A program made the position numbers and the translations under genes. Positions 31,353-41,534 of a stretch of DNA of 64,000 nucleotides are shown piece after piece. The notes below the pieces were generated by a model. The model was not told where the DNA came from. It searched no databases and saw only the letters and a program-made list of their open reading frames with translations. Position 1 is the stretch's first letter, and every line of letters begins with the position of its first letter. Source of the DNA: an uncultured Pelagibacteraceae bacterium (GTDB lineage Bacteria > Pseudomonadota > Alphaproteobacteria > Pelagibacterales > Pelagibacteraceae); assembly GCA_902632935.1 (NCBI GenBank), contig CACPEJ010000001.1, positions 21,179-85,178 of the forward strand. Direction: 5' to 3'.

Positions 31353-32177
31353 TTATTTTTTACCTTTAAGATTTATCTTAACATCCGATAAATCAACTAA
31401 ATTTTTCTTATAGTTATTTCTTACAAAACCTTTACTAGTAATATCCTTTACTATTTTCAAAAGTTGATTTTGATCATCTGAGTTTTGCTCATCAATATTT
31501 GAAATTTCTGAATTACCAATTGATGGAGTATGAGCTAAGTCTTCTCTATTTTGATAAGAGATCGCTAATTCCCTAAAAATGTAGTCTAAAATTGATGTTG
31601 CGGTTAAAATTCTATCATTTCCATGAACTTTACCGGAGGGTTCAAATTTTGTACCAACAAAAGCACTTATAAATTCATCTAGTGGAACCCCATATTGTAG
31701 ACCTAAAGATACTGCTATAGCAAAATTGTTCATTAGAGCTTTGACTAATTCACCCTCTTTGCTTGTATCAATAAAAATTTCTCCAATTTTTCCATCTTCA
31801 TATTCACCTGTGTGTAAATATACTTTATGATCACCGATAGTTGCTTTTTGGATGTACCCTTTTCTTCTATCTGGCATACTAAATCTCTTTCCCGATTTTT
31901 CTGAATTATTATTATTTGACTTGATAATATTCTCTAAATTTTTTGATGATGATTGGTTTTTTGAGGTTACTACATCAATTTTCTTATTTTCAATAATTTT
32001 TTTATTATTTGGATCTAAGCTTTTGGTTTTTCTATTATCAAGTTTTACGTCTAGGACTTCAAATTTACCATCGTCACGTTTTTCTAAATTTTTAAGCTCA
32101 GTTTCATTAATGTCGTCTAAATAATGATTTACTTTAAAAGTACAAGTATAATATGTTTCAACTAAATATTTTGCCAT
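31353..32177 (-). CDS. Orphan class II ribonucleotide reductase C-terminal (TSCPD-like) domain protein, no catalytic domain
   Basis: [55 protein letters not shown] matches the C-terminal domain of alphaproteobacterial NrdJ, but the ORF is only 274 aa. Confidence 0.85.
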   Translation of the reverse strand: MAKYLVETYYTCTFKVNHYLDDINETELKNLEKRDDGKFEVLDVKLDNRKTKSLDPNNKKIIENKKIDVVTSKNQSSSKNLENIIKSNNNNSEKSGKRFSMPDRRKGYIQKATIGDHKVYLHTGEYEDGKIGEIFIDTSKEGELVKALMNNFAIAVSLGLQYGVPLDEFISAFVGTKFEPSGKVHGNDRILTATSILDYIFRELAISYQNREDLAHTPSIGNSEISNIDEQNSDDQNQLLKIVKDITSKGFVRNNYKKNLVDLSDVKINLKGKK

Positions 32178-32296
32178 TTACCCTCAGTTATTATTTTAAA
32201 TTTTATTTGAATAATGAATCAATTAATTTATATACAAAAACAAATTTTAGTCTAATTTAATTTATACAATTTTAAATTGAAAAAAATAATTTTATT

Positions 32297-32656
32297 ATGT
32301 TGACACTTTTTAAAAAAATTTTCACCTGGTGGAATCGAGATACTTTTGGAACCAGAATAAAAACAATTTTATCAGGTAAATTAGTAGGAAAAGATCATTT
32401 AGGAAATAAATATTACGAGTCTAAAAATGGAAAAAGATGGGTTATCTATGCTTCAGAGATTGATGCATCAAAAATACCAGTTGAGTGGTATTCATGGATA
32501 CATTTTACTCATAATAAAATAGAAAATAATCATGAATTAAAAAAATATGACTGGCAAAAACCCCATCAAGAGAATTTAACTGGTACAGAATCAGCTTATT
32601 ATCCAAATAAAAACAAAAATGCTATTCAAAAAAAATATAGGTCTTGGAAAGACTAA
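32297..32656 (+). CDS. NADH:ubiquinone oxidoreductase accessory subunit NDUFA12 family
   Basis: GKDHLGNKYY, RWVIY, IPVEWYSWIH and ENLTGT motifs. Confidence 0.92.
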   Translation: MLTLFKKIFTWWNRDTFGTRIKTILSGKLVGKDHLGNKYYESKNGKRWVIYASEIDASKIPVEWYSWIHFTHNKIENNHELKKYDWQKPHQENLTGTESAYYPNKNKNAIQKKYRSWKD

Positions 32657-33017
32657 ATTTAATTTATTTATATATCTTTTTTTAATCATACCCTTTTTTG
32701 CATATTCTGAGCAAAATCAAGAAGGAAGCTATACTAATATAAAAATTTTAGATAAAATTTCGTCAAAAAATATTTTAATTAAACTTAAAAACGGAGAGGC
32801 AAAAAAACACAAAGATCTTCTAATTAAAAGTATGAAGTGTAAAAATTCTGAATTCGATGATAATCCAGAAATTACAGCCTATATTCAAGTTAGTGATCTA
32901 ACAAATAAAGACAAAGACGATGTGTTTGTTTTTAATGGCTGGATGTTTTCATCAAGCCCGTCTATAACTCCATTTGATCACCCTGTGTATGATATTTGGT
33001 TAGTGAGCTGTTATTAA
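32619..33017 (+). CDS. DUF2155 family exported protein
   Basis: LDKIS and FNGWMFSSSPS..DHPVYDIWLVSC motifs. Confidence 0.88.
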   Translation: MLFKKNIGLGKTKFNLFIYLFLIIPFFAYSEQNQEGSYTNIKILDKISSKNILIKLKNGEAKKHKDLLIKSMKCKNSEFDDNPEITAYIQVSDLTNKDKDDVFVFNGWMFSSSPSITPFDHPVYDIWLVSCY

Positions 33018-34351
33018 ACTATCTTTTCATTATCAAGCCAACTTACATTAAAATCAGACTCGATAAATTTTTTATGACTTAAAAGTTTTTTGTGTAAAGG
33101 AATTGTTGTTGTAATACCCTCAATAACAAATTCATCTAATGATCTATTCATTCTTTGAATAGCCTCTCCTCTATTCCTACCATGACAAATTAGTTTACAT
33201 ATCATACTGTCATAATATGGAGTTACTTTATAACCTTGAAATATTGCTCCATCTACTCTTGTCCTAAAACCAGATGGTTGATGACACATGCCGATTGTAC
33301 CTGGAGATGGCTGAAAATTTTTTTCTGGATCCTCAGCATTTATTCTACATTCAATAGCATGGCCCCTAGGATTTATATCTGATTGTTTTAGAGCTGTTTC
33401 ACCAGTAAAAGCAATCCATATTTGTTCTTTAATTATGTCTATTCCTGTAACCATTTCAGTAACTGGATGTTCAACTTGAACTCTCGTATTCATTTCCAAA
33501 AAGTAAAATTTGCCATCTTCATAAATAAATTCGACTGTACCAGCTCCTTGATAACCAATTTTTCTGACCATACTTACAGTTCTATCAAATAAATCTTTTC
33601 TAATCTCGTCGTTCAAAACTGGGCTTGGAGTTTCTTCAATTAATTTTTGATGTCTTCTTTGAACTGAGCAATCTCTTTCATGTAAATGGATTGTTGCATT
33701 TTTTCCAGCTAAAATCTGAACTTCTATATGCCTTGGATTTTGAAAAAATTTCTCAATATAAACTTCGTCATTGCCAAAATATTTTTTTGCCTCTGATTTT
33801 GCTGTAGAAAACATTGTCTCAAAATCTTCCTCTTTTTGAACAATTTTCATACCTTTACCTCCTCCACCTCCAGAGGCTTTAATTAAGACCGGAAAACCAA
33901 TTTTTTTACACAAGTCTTTTGCTGCAGCTACATCTTGAACACCACCATCAGATCCTTCTATAACAGGTAATCCATTTTCTTTTGCAATTTTTTTTGCTTG
34001 AATTTTATCTCCCATCATTTCAATATGTTTTGCAGAAGCACCGATAAATTTGATTTTATTTTCTTCAAGTATCTTTGCGAAGTTTGCATTTTCAGATAAA
34101 AACCCATAACCAGGATGGACTGCTTCAGCATTAGTCAAATCTATAGCTGATAAAAGTGCAGGAATATTTAAATAACTATTAGCTGGCTGATGAGAGCCTA
34201 TACAAACACTTTCATCTGCTAATTTAACGTGCATACTTTCTCTATCCACATCAGAATGAACAGCAACAGTTGAGATTCCCCATTCTTTACAGGCTCTTAT
34301 AATTCTGACTGCAATTTCCCCACGATTTGCAATCAAAATTTTTTTAAACAT
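33014..34351 (-). CDS. accC: Acetyl-CoA carboxylase, biotin carboxylase subunit
   Basis: ANRGEIA, HPGYGFLSEN, GGGGKGM, RDCSVQRRHQK and EMNTRVQVEH motifs. Confidence 0.97.
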   Translation of the reverse strand: MFKKILIANRGEIAVRIIRACKEWGISTVAVHSDVDRESMHVKLADESVCIGSHQPANSYLNIPALLSAIDLTNAEAVHPGYGFLSENANFAKILEENKIKFIGASAKHIEMMGDKIQAKKIAKENGLPVIEGSDGGVQDVAAAKDLCKKIGFPVLIKASGGGGGKGMKIVQKEEDFETMFSTAKSEAKKYFGNDEVYIEKFFQNPRHIEVQILAGKNATIHLHERDCSVQRRHQKLIEETPSPVLNDEIRKDLFDRTVSMVRKIGYQGAGTVEFIYEDGKFYFLEMNTRVQVEHPVTEMVTGIDIIKEQIWIAFTGETALKQSDINPRGHAIECRINAEDPEKNFQPSPGTIGMCHQPSGFRTRVDGAIFQGYKVTPYYDSMICKLICHGRNRGEAIQRMNRSLDEFVIEGITTTIPLHKKLLSHKKFIESDFNVSWLDNEKIV

Positions 34352-34782
34352 TATTCTAAAATGATAAGGGTTTGGCCAAACTCAACAGGTTGACCATCAG
34401 CTACAAGTATCTTCTTTACTATTCCATCAGAACTTGAGGGCACATGATTCATAGTTTTCATAGCTTCGACAATCATAACAGTGTCACCTTTTTTTATTTT
34501 TTTTCCAACTTCTACGAATTTTTTAGCTCCAGGTTCAGGTGCATGGTAAGCAGTACCAATTATTGGCGATGTAACTTCAATTCCAGATATATTATTTTGA
34601 CTTTCTAAATTTTTATTTGAACTTATTTCTTTAGATAATGTTTGATTTGTTTGATTATTGATTGAAATATTATTTTTTGAAACTTTTATTTTAGTATCTT
34701 TTTCAGTGTATTCCAATTCAGTAAGATTAAATTCATCCAAATAATCACTTAACTCTTTTATTATTTTTTTATCTATTTTCAT
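34351..34782 (-). CDS. accB: Biotin carboxyl carrier protein
   Basis: EAMKTMN biotinylation motif. Confidence 0.96.
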   Translation of the reverse strand: MKIDKKIIKELSDYLDEFNLTELEYTEKDTKIKVSKNNISINNQTNQTLSKEISSNKNLESQNNISGIEVTSPIIGTAYHAPEPGAKKFVEVGKKIKKGDTVMIVEAMKTMNHVPSSSDGIVKKILVADGQPVEFGQTLIILE

Positions 34783-35218
34783 TTTGGATTAGCTTTTGCA
34801 TTGAAATTATGGCTAAAATATAACCATCAGCATTTAGGCCAAATATTCCACCAGTAACTACGTCACTTATTAAAGATTTTTTTCTAAATTCTTCACGTTT
34901 GTAGATATTTGAAATATGTACTTCAATAATAGGTTTTTTAAAAATTTCTAAAGCATCTCTAATTGCAACTGAGGTATGAGTAAATGCAGCAGCATTAATA
35001 ATCATCCCATCAAACTTTTCTCTAGCATTTTGTATTAGATTAACCAATTCCCCTTCAACATTTGATTGTGTAAATTCAGTGGAAAGTCCCAATTCTTTTG
35101 ATTTCGCTATGCATTCTTTTTTAAGTTGGTCAAAAGTAATCGATCCATATTGTGATTGTTCTCTTTCACCTAATAGATTAATATTTGGACCATTAATAAT
35201 AATTATTTTATTGTTCAT
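34769..35218 (-). CDS. aroQ: Type II 3-dehydroquinate dehydratase
   Basis: NGPNINLLGERE, HTSVAIRDA and EVHISN motifs. Confidence 0.97.
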   Translation of the reverse strand: MNNKIIIINGPNINLLGEREQSQYGSITFDQLKKECIAKSKELGLSTEFTQSNVEGELVNLIQNAREKFDGMIINAAAFTHTSVAIRDALEIFKKPIIEVHISNIYKREEFRKKSLISDVVTGGIFGLNADGYILAIISMQKLIQNENR

Positions 35219-35234
35219 TCAGCTTTTATATACG

Positions 35235-35447
35235 ATGAAAAAAAAAATAAAAATAAAATTAAATGGAAAATTAAAAACTATCAATAATAAATCAACAATA
35301 TTCAGTATTGTTCAAAAAAACAAAATTCCATTAGCGAAAGTTGCTATTGAATTAAATCAAGAAATAGTGGATAAAAAAAAAATTAAAAATATCAACCTTA
35401 AAAATAATGATAAAATAGAAATTGTCCATTTTATTGGAGGTGGTTAA
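35235..35447 (+). CDS. thiS: Sulfur carrier protein ThiS (70 aa)
   Basis: C-terminal VHFIGGG; directly upstream of thiG. Likely start is ATG 35235, because the ORF-track start at 35079 overlaps aroQ. Confidence 0.92.
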   Translation: MKKKIKIKLNGKLKTINNKSTIFSIVQKNKIPLAKVAIELNQEIVDKKKIKNINLKNNDKIEIVHFIGGG

Positions 35448-35449
35448 AA

Positions 35450-36223
35450 TTGAAAAAAGATAAACTTATTATTTCTAAGAAAAATTTTAGTTCTAGACTT
35501 ATTGTTGGAACTGGTAAGTATAAAAGTATGCATGAGTGCGCTAAAGCAATCAAATTATCTGGAGCTGAAATAGTCACAGTCGCTGTTCGAAGAGTAAATA
35601 TTACTGATAAAAAAAAACCATTATTAATGGATTATATTGATCCTAAAAAAATTACTTACCTTCCTAACACTGCTGGCTGTTTTAATTCAAAAGAAGCATT
35701 AAGAACTTTAAGATTAGCACGAGAGATTGGTGGATGGAAATTGGTAAAACTTGAAGTTTTAGGTGATAAAAAAAACTTATTTCCAGAAATGATTGAAACA
35801 CTTAAATCTACAGAGATATTAACTAAAGAGGGTTTTAAAGTTATGGTCTATTGCAATGATGATCCTTTAATGGCAAAAAGATTAGAAAATTCTGGAGCCT
35901 GCGCAATTATGCCTTTAGCTGCTCCAATAGGCTCTGGTTTAGGTATAATTAACGAGATTAATATTAAGATAATAAGGAAGCAAACAAAATTACCATTAAT
36001 AATTGATGCTGGACTAGGACAAGCCTCAGATGCAGCTATAGCTATGGAACTAGGATGTGATGGGGTTTTAGTAAACACTGCAATTGCTAAAGCAAAAAAA
36101 CCATTTCAAATGGCTTTAGCATTTAAAAATGCGGTTATTGCTGGTCGCCAATCTTATTTATCTGGAAGAATAAAAAAAACTCTATTCGGAAATCCATCTT
36201 CACCAAAGTCTGGAATTATTTAG
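35450..36223 (+). CDS. thiG: Thiazole synthase
   Basis: [21 protein letters not shown] and [10 protein letters not shown] motifs. Confidence 0.97.
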   Translation: MKKDKLIISKKNFSSRLIVGTGKYKSMHECAKAIKLSGAEIVTVAVRRVNITDKKKPLLMDYIDPKKITYLPNTAGCFNSKEALRTLRLAREIGGWKLVKLEVLGDKKNLFPEMIETLKSTEILTKEGFKVMVYCNDDPLMAKRLENSGACAIMPLAAPIGSGLGIINEINIKIIRKQTKLPLIIDAGLGQASDAAIAMELGCDGVLVNTAIAKAKKPFQMALAFKNAVIAGRQSYLSGRIKKTLFGNPSSPKSGII

Positions 36224-38009
36224 CTTTTTTATAATATTTTCTTTTTCTAAAAGTTTTCTTTTTAAATTTCTTCTTATCTTTTAATTCAATAACATTATTT
36301 ACTTTTTGCTCCTCAAGATTTTTTAATTTTTCAAATTGTTCAATAAGTTCAATAGTTTTCTTAGATTTATTTTTAATATCGATAATATATTCAGGAATTA
36401 TTAAACTATTATCAGATATTATATCAATTTTCATTTTATTCTTTTTTTCAAAGTAAGTAAGGTCTTCAATAAAATTTTCTTTTAGAAAATCAGAAATTTT
36501 TTTACAAACCTTTAAATCTACAAATTTAGCTTTATTTAAAACTGCTTTTAATTCAACTAATTTAAGAATTTTTAGCGCAAAAGACTCATCTGTTAGTTTG
36601 ATATTCCATTTAACCGCACTTTCTCTTAATCTCTGTCGAGACATTTCTAAAAGACCAAAATTCGATATTCTTCCAATTTGAATTCTGGCTCGATCAGATC
36701 TACACTTTTCTTTTAGTCTTCTTTCTACTGATCTTCTATTACCATAACTCAGCATGTCAATAAAATCTATTATGATAAGTCCTGACAAATCTCTTATTTT
36801 TATTTGTCTTGCTATTTCATCTGCTGCTTCAAGATTTGTATCTAAAGCAGTACTTTCCACATTTTTTTGTTTAATTGAACTTCCAGAGTTAATATCAATG
36901 GATACCAAGGCCTCTGTAGGATTTATTACCAAGTAACCACCTGAGTTTAATTTTATTTCACTTTCAAATATTTGATTTAATTTCTGTTCAATTCCTTCTT
37001 CAATAAATAAAGGTTTTTTTCCTCTATATTTTTTTATTTTTTTTACATGAGAAGGCATCATCATTTTCATAAAATTTTGGGCTTTTTTATAACCTTCATT
37101 ACCTTCAATAATTATATTTTTCGTGTTTTCATCATACATATCTCTTAAAGTTCTTTTAATTATTTCACTCTCTTGATGAATTAATGAGGGTGCTATAGAA
37201 CTTAAAGCATTTTCCTTAATTTGATTCCAGTTATTAATAAGTGTATCTAAATCATGATTAATTTCATTTTTAGTTTTATTACTTCCAGCGGTTCTTACTA
37301 TTAGTCCCATTTCTTTTGGGATTTCAATTTCATTTAAGATACTTCTTATTTTTTTACGATCTGCAGGATTAAAAATTTTTCTCGAAATTCCTCCACCTTT
37401 AGGTGTATTAGGCATTAAAACTATATATTTGCCCGCAATAGAAATAAATGTACTTAAAGCAGCACCTTTTTGACCACGCTCATCTTTTATAACCTGAACT
37501 AAAATTACTTGATTGGGCTTGATTACCTCTTGGATTTTGTATCTTTTGAATCTAAATTTACTCTCATATTTTTTTTCTTTTTCATTTTGTAAATTCCCCT
37601 TTTCATCTGGATCTTTTTTTTCTATTGGATCTTTTTTTTCTAATGGATCCTCAATCTCTAATTTGCCTTCAGCTAAATTTTCTTCCTCTTTAGCTTCAAC
37701 TTTTTTTGATAGTTCCTCTCGGACTCTTTCCTCCTCTTGTTTTATTTTTTCTAAATCACTTTGTGGAATTTGATAATAATCAGATTGAATATCGTTGAAG
37801 GACAAAAAGCCATGACGTTCTCTCCCAAAATCAACAAACGCAGCTTGCAAAGATGGTTCTATACGACTTACTTTACCTAAATAGATATTATTTTTTATTA
37901 GATTATTTTTTATACCTTCATACTCATAATCTTCAATTTTTTCACCTGATTTGAGTACAATTCTAATCTCGTTTGGATGCGAAGCATCGATATATAAATT
38001 TTTTTCCAT
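36216..38009 (-). CDS. rne: Ribonuclease E/G family, short form without C-terminal scaffold
   Basis: [30 protein letters not shown] and LEMSRQR motifs. Likely start is ATG 38009 (MEKNLYID). Confidence 0.93.
   Translation of the reverse strand: MEKNLYIDASHPNEIRIVLKSGEKIEDYEYEGIKNNLIKNNIYLGKVSRIEPSLQAAFVDFGRERHGFLSFNDIQSDYYQIPQSDLEKIKQEEERVREELSKKVEAKEEENLAEGKLEIEDPLEKKDPIEKKDPDEKGNLQNEKEKKYESKFRFKRYKIQEVIKPNQVILVQVIKDERGQKGAALSTFISIAGKYIVLMPNTPKGGGISRKIFNPADRKKIRSILNEIEIPKEMGLIVRTAGSNKTKNEINHDLDTLINNWNQIKENALSSIAPSLIHQESEIIKRTLRDMYDENTKNIIIEGNEGYKKAQNFMKMMMPSHVKKIKKYRGKKPLFIEEGIEQKLNQIFESEIKLNSGGYLVINPTEALVSIDINSGSSIKQKNVESTALDTNLEAADEIARQIKIRDLSGLIIIDFIDMLSYGNRRSVERRLKEKCRSDRARIQIGRISNFGLLEMSRQRLRESAVKWNIKLTDESFALKILKLVELKAVLNKAKFVDLKVCKKISDFLKENFIEDLTYFEKKNKMKIDIISDNSLIIPEYIIDIKNKSKKTIELIEQFEKLKNLEEQKVNNVIELKDKKKFKKKTFRKRKYYKKAK
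37608..37649. repeat. 18-bp tandem repeat (about 2.3 copies) inside rne
   Basis: ggatcttttttttctatt / ggatcttttttttctaat / ggatc, encoding [14 protein letters not shown]. Confidence 0.75.
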
Positions 38010-38102
38010 AACATTTTTTTTGATTGATTCATAAATTATTAAAATTTTGTTTGTATTCTTATGCCATATCTTTAACAAATTCCCTTATATAATGGAAACA
38101 AA

Positions 38103-40442
38103 ATGAGCAAAATTTTAAAAAATTTATTTATTGGTTTTATTAGTTTTTCATTAATTTCATCAATAATTGTTTTAGCTATTTTATGGAATTATTCTAACAA
38201 TATACCTGATTACAAATTTTTAAAAAATTACAAACCTCCTGTCTCAAGCAAGGTTTATTCTGGGAATGGTGATTTAGTTGCAGATTTTTCCAAAGAAAAG
38301 AGAATATTTGTTCCTTATGGTTCAATTCCTAAAAATGTTATTAATGCTTTTTTATCTGCCGAAGATAAAAATTTTTTTTCTCATCCAGGAGTTGATGCTA
38401 AAGGGGTTTTAAGAGCAATTATAAATAATATTAAAAATGTTCTTACATCTAAAAGACTAGAAGGTGCCTCAACAATTACTCAACAAGTAGCAAAAAACTT
38501 TCTTTTAACTAATGAAGTCAGTTTAAACCGAAAAATTAAAGAGGCCATTTTAGCATTTAGAATTGAAAGAGCATTATCGAAAGAAAGAATACTTGAGCTA
38601 TATTTAAATCAAATTTATCTCGGCAGCGGGGCTTATGGAGTAGCTGCTGCAAGTCTTGAGTATTTTGACAAATCAATAAAAGAATTGAATTACGAAGAAG
38701 CTGCTTTATTAGCTGCATTACCTAAGGCGCCAAGCAAATATAATCCATATAGAAATATTGAATTAGCAAAATTTAGAAGAGATTTAGTTTTAAAAAATTT
38801 ATTAGACAATAATTTTATAACAGAAAAAAATTATCAAAATTTTAGGAAAAAAGATATTCAATTAAAAAAAACTAAAAGAATTTATTTAGAAGATGCTCAA
38901 TATTTTATTGAGGATGTAAGAAAAAATATCATTGAAATTCTATCATATGAAAAAGTTTACAATCAAGGTTTTAATATAAACACACCAATAAATCTAGAAT
39001 TACAAAAAATAGCAACAAACTCTCTAAGAAATGGATTAATCAAATATGATCAACGTAAAGGTTGGCGCGGTCCATTATTTAATAAATCATATTCTAAAAA
39101 TTGGTTTGTTGGTTTAGATAAATACGATTTAGAGAATTCAATTGATTGGAAAATTGCAATAATAAAAAAGATTTCTAAATTTTCTTTAGAAATAGAAACA
39201 AAAGATAAAATCAAAGGAATTATAGATTACAATAATATTTCTTGGACTAAAAAAGAATTAGATGATCTTTTTAGAGTGGGAGACATAATTTATGTTAAGA
39301 ATATAAGAGATAACAAGTTTAGCCTTAAACAATTACCAAAAATAAATGGTGGTATAGTTGTGATGGATCCTTTCACAGGTAGAGTCGTTGCTCTTAGCGG
39401 TGGATTTAGTTTTAAAAATAGTGAGTTTAATAGGGCTTCACAAGCTTTGCGGCAACCCGGTTCAGCATTTAAACCATTTGTTTACGCTTTAGCTCTTGAA
39501 AATAATTACACTCCTTCTTCATTAGTTTTAGATGCACCGTTAGTTTTAGATCAAGGAACTGATTTAAAAATGTGGAAGCCAGAAAATTATGGAAAAAAAT
39601 TTTATGGGCCATCAACTTTGAGAATTGGTTTGGAAAAGTCACGAAATTTAATGACAGTAAGAATTGCACAGAATCTAGGTGTAGATAAAGTTGCCAAATT
39701 TTCTAGAGATCTCGGCATTTATGAAAATCCTGATGAGCTTTTATCTATTTCTCTGGGTTCTGCCGAAACAACTTTGTTAAAACTCACATCTGCATATTCA
39801 GCTTTTGTAAATGGAGGAAAATTAGTTTCACCAATTTTGATTGATCGTGTTCAGGATAGTGAGGGAAACACAATTTTAAATAATGAAAATAGATCATGCT
39901 TAAATTGTGATAAACTTTCATATACTGGTAAAGATTTTCCTAATGTAGGAAATAATTTTAAACAAGTATTTTCTCCTCAGACAGCCTACCAAATTACTTC
40001 TTTGCTAGAGGGTGTTGTAAAAAGAGGAACAGGAAAAAAACTTAGAGATTTAAATTTGAATCTTGCGGGCAAAACAGGAACAACTAATAAAAATACTGAT
40101 GCATGGTTTATTGGGTTCACATCAAATTATGTTATTGGAGTTTATGTGGGTATGGACAATCCTCAACCCTTAGGAAAATTTGAAACTGGTTCAAAAACAG
40201 CACTACCAATTTTTAAGGAATTTATCGAATCAGCTATTAGAAAATCTGACGCTCGACCATTTAAAGTTGCTGATGGAATTACAATGATGGTAGTTGACCC
40301 GACGACAGGTCAAAAAGCAAAATTTTCATCTAAAGATACAATTTTAGAAGCATATAAAAGCAAGAATGTTATTGATGGCAAAGTGTTATATTTAAATAAT
40401 AATAATAGATTAGATACGAATAATATATTAAAGTTTTATTAA
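38103..40442 (+). CDS. mrcA: Penicillin-binding protein 1A
   Basis: Transglycosylase motifs AEDKNF, GASTITQQ and RKIKE; transpeptidase motifs SAFK, SRN and KTG. Confidence 0.96.
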   Translation: MSKILKNLFIGFISFSLISSIIVLAILWNYSNNIPDYKFLKNYKPPVSSKVYSGNGDLVADFSKEKRIFVPYGSIPKNVINAFLSAEDKNFFSHPGVDAKGVLRAIINNIKNVLTSKRLEGASTITQQVAKNFLLTNEVSLNRKIKEAILAFRIERALSKERILELYLNQIYLGSGAYGVAAASLEYFDKSIKELNYEEAALLAALPKAPSKYNPYRNIELAKFRRDLVLKNLLDNNFITEKNYQNFRKKDIQLKKTKRIYLEDAQYFIEDVRKNIIEILSYEKVYNQGFNINTPINLELQKIATNSLRNGLIKYDQRKGWRGPLFNKSYSKNWFVGLDKYDLENSIDWKIAIIKKISKFSLEIETKDKIKGIIDYNNISWTKKELDDLFRVGDIIYVKNIRDNKFSLKQLPKINGGIVVMDPFTGRVVALSGGFSFKNSEFNRASQALRQPGSAFKPFVYALALENNYTPSSLVLDAPLVLDQGTDLKMWKPENYGKKFYGPSTLRIGLEKSRNLMTVRIAQNLGVDKVAKFSRDLGIYENPDELLSISLGSAETTLLKLTSAYSAFVNGGKLVSPILIDRVQDSEGNTILNNENRSCLNCDKLSYTGKDFPNVGNNFKQVFSPQTAYQITSLLEGVVKRGTGKKLRDLNLNLAGKTGTTNKNTDAWFIGFTSNYVIGVYVGMDNPQPLGKFETGSKTALPIFKEFIESAIRKSDARPFKVADGITMMVVDPTTGQKAKFSSKDTILEAYKSKNVIDGKVLYLNNNNRLDTNNILKFY

Positions 40443-41534
40443 TGGATCATAAATATACAGATTATAAAAAAGAGATAGAAAAAATAAATCAAAGAGTTAA
40501 GGAGTATCTTTGATAAAAATAAGATAGATTTAAAATTACAAAGTCATAATAAAACTATTCTTAATCCTGATTTTTGGCAAAATAAGTCTAATTCAAAAAA
40601 AATACTTAAAGAAAAAAAATTATATGAAGACCTGATCAATTCTCACAAAAGCTCTTTAAATCAATTAAAAGATTTAGGAGATTTGTATGAATTAGCTTTA
40701 GAAGAAAATAACACAAACATACAAAATGAGGTTTTAGAAAGTATCAAGAATTTAAGAAAATTAGCGAAAAAAAATGAAATCAATTGTTTTTTATCAAATG
40801 AGTCTGACTCTTTTGATTGTTACATAGAAATTCACGCTGGCGCCGGAGGTACTGAGAGCCAAGATTGGGCAGATATGTTGAGAAGAATGTATTTAAAATG
40901 GTCTGATAATAAAAATTATAAATCAACATTAATAAGTGAACATAAGGGTGATGAGGCAGGTATAAAATCCTCAACAATTAAAATTGAGGGTGATTATGTA
41001 TTTGGTTGGTTAAAAAAAGAGTCTGGAATACACAGGTTAGTAAGAATTTCCCCATTTGACTCAGGTGCAAGACGTCATACTAGTTTTGCTAGTATCTGGG
41101 TTTATCCAGTCGTGGATGAAAATATTAATATTGAAATTCATGATAAAGATTTGAGAATTGACACATATCGATCTAGTGGTGCTGGTGGCCAACATGTTAA
41201 TACAACTGATAGTGCAGTTAGAATTACACATTTACCATCTAAAATTGTAGTCCAATGTCAAAATGAAAGATCTCAACATAAAAATAAAGAGACATGCATG
41301 AACATGCTTAGAGCAAGACTCTATGATTTTGAGATAAAAAAAAAAGAAAAAGAAAATGAAAATACCGAGTCATCAAAATCTGAAATAGGTTGGGGACATC
41401 AAATAAGATCTTATGTTTTACAACCATATAGATTAGTAAAAGATAATAGATCTAACTTTGAAAGCTCTAATCCAGATAAGATTTTAGATGGGGAAATTGA
41501 TGAATTTTTAGAACAATCGCTGTATCAAACATAA
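40442..41534 (+). CDS. prfB: Peptide chain release factor 2 with programmed +1 frameshift (about 363 aa)
   Basis: ATG 40442 reads 23 codons to CTT-TGA (40508-40513). The +1 frame from GAT 40512 is continuous with ORF 40683..41534, which has SPF and GGQ motifs. Confidence 0.96.
40499..40514 (+). promoter_or_regulatory. RF2 +1 frameshift cassette (internal SD plus CTT TGA)
   Basis: AAGGAG-TAT-CTT-TGA-T. Confidence 0.93.

Noticed and set aside
32178-32296. NrdR box or cobalamin riboswitch upstream of the NrdJ remnant
   Set aside because: The region is nearly all A/T, with no NrdR-like palindrome or structured RNA visible.
35079-35234. N-terminal extension of the thiS ORF
   Set aside because: Overlaps aroQ on the opposite strand. 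ThiS is about 66-70 aa, matching ATG 35235.
40683-41534. prfB as a truncated gene or pseudogene starting at TTG 40683
   Set aside because: Explained by the canonical programmed +1 frameshift from ATG 40442.
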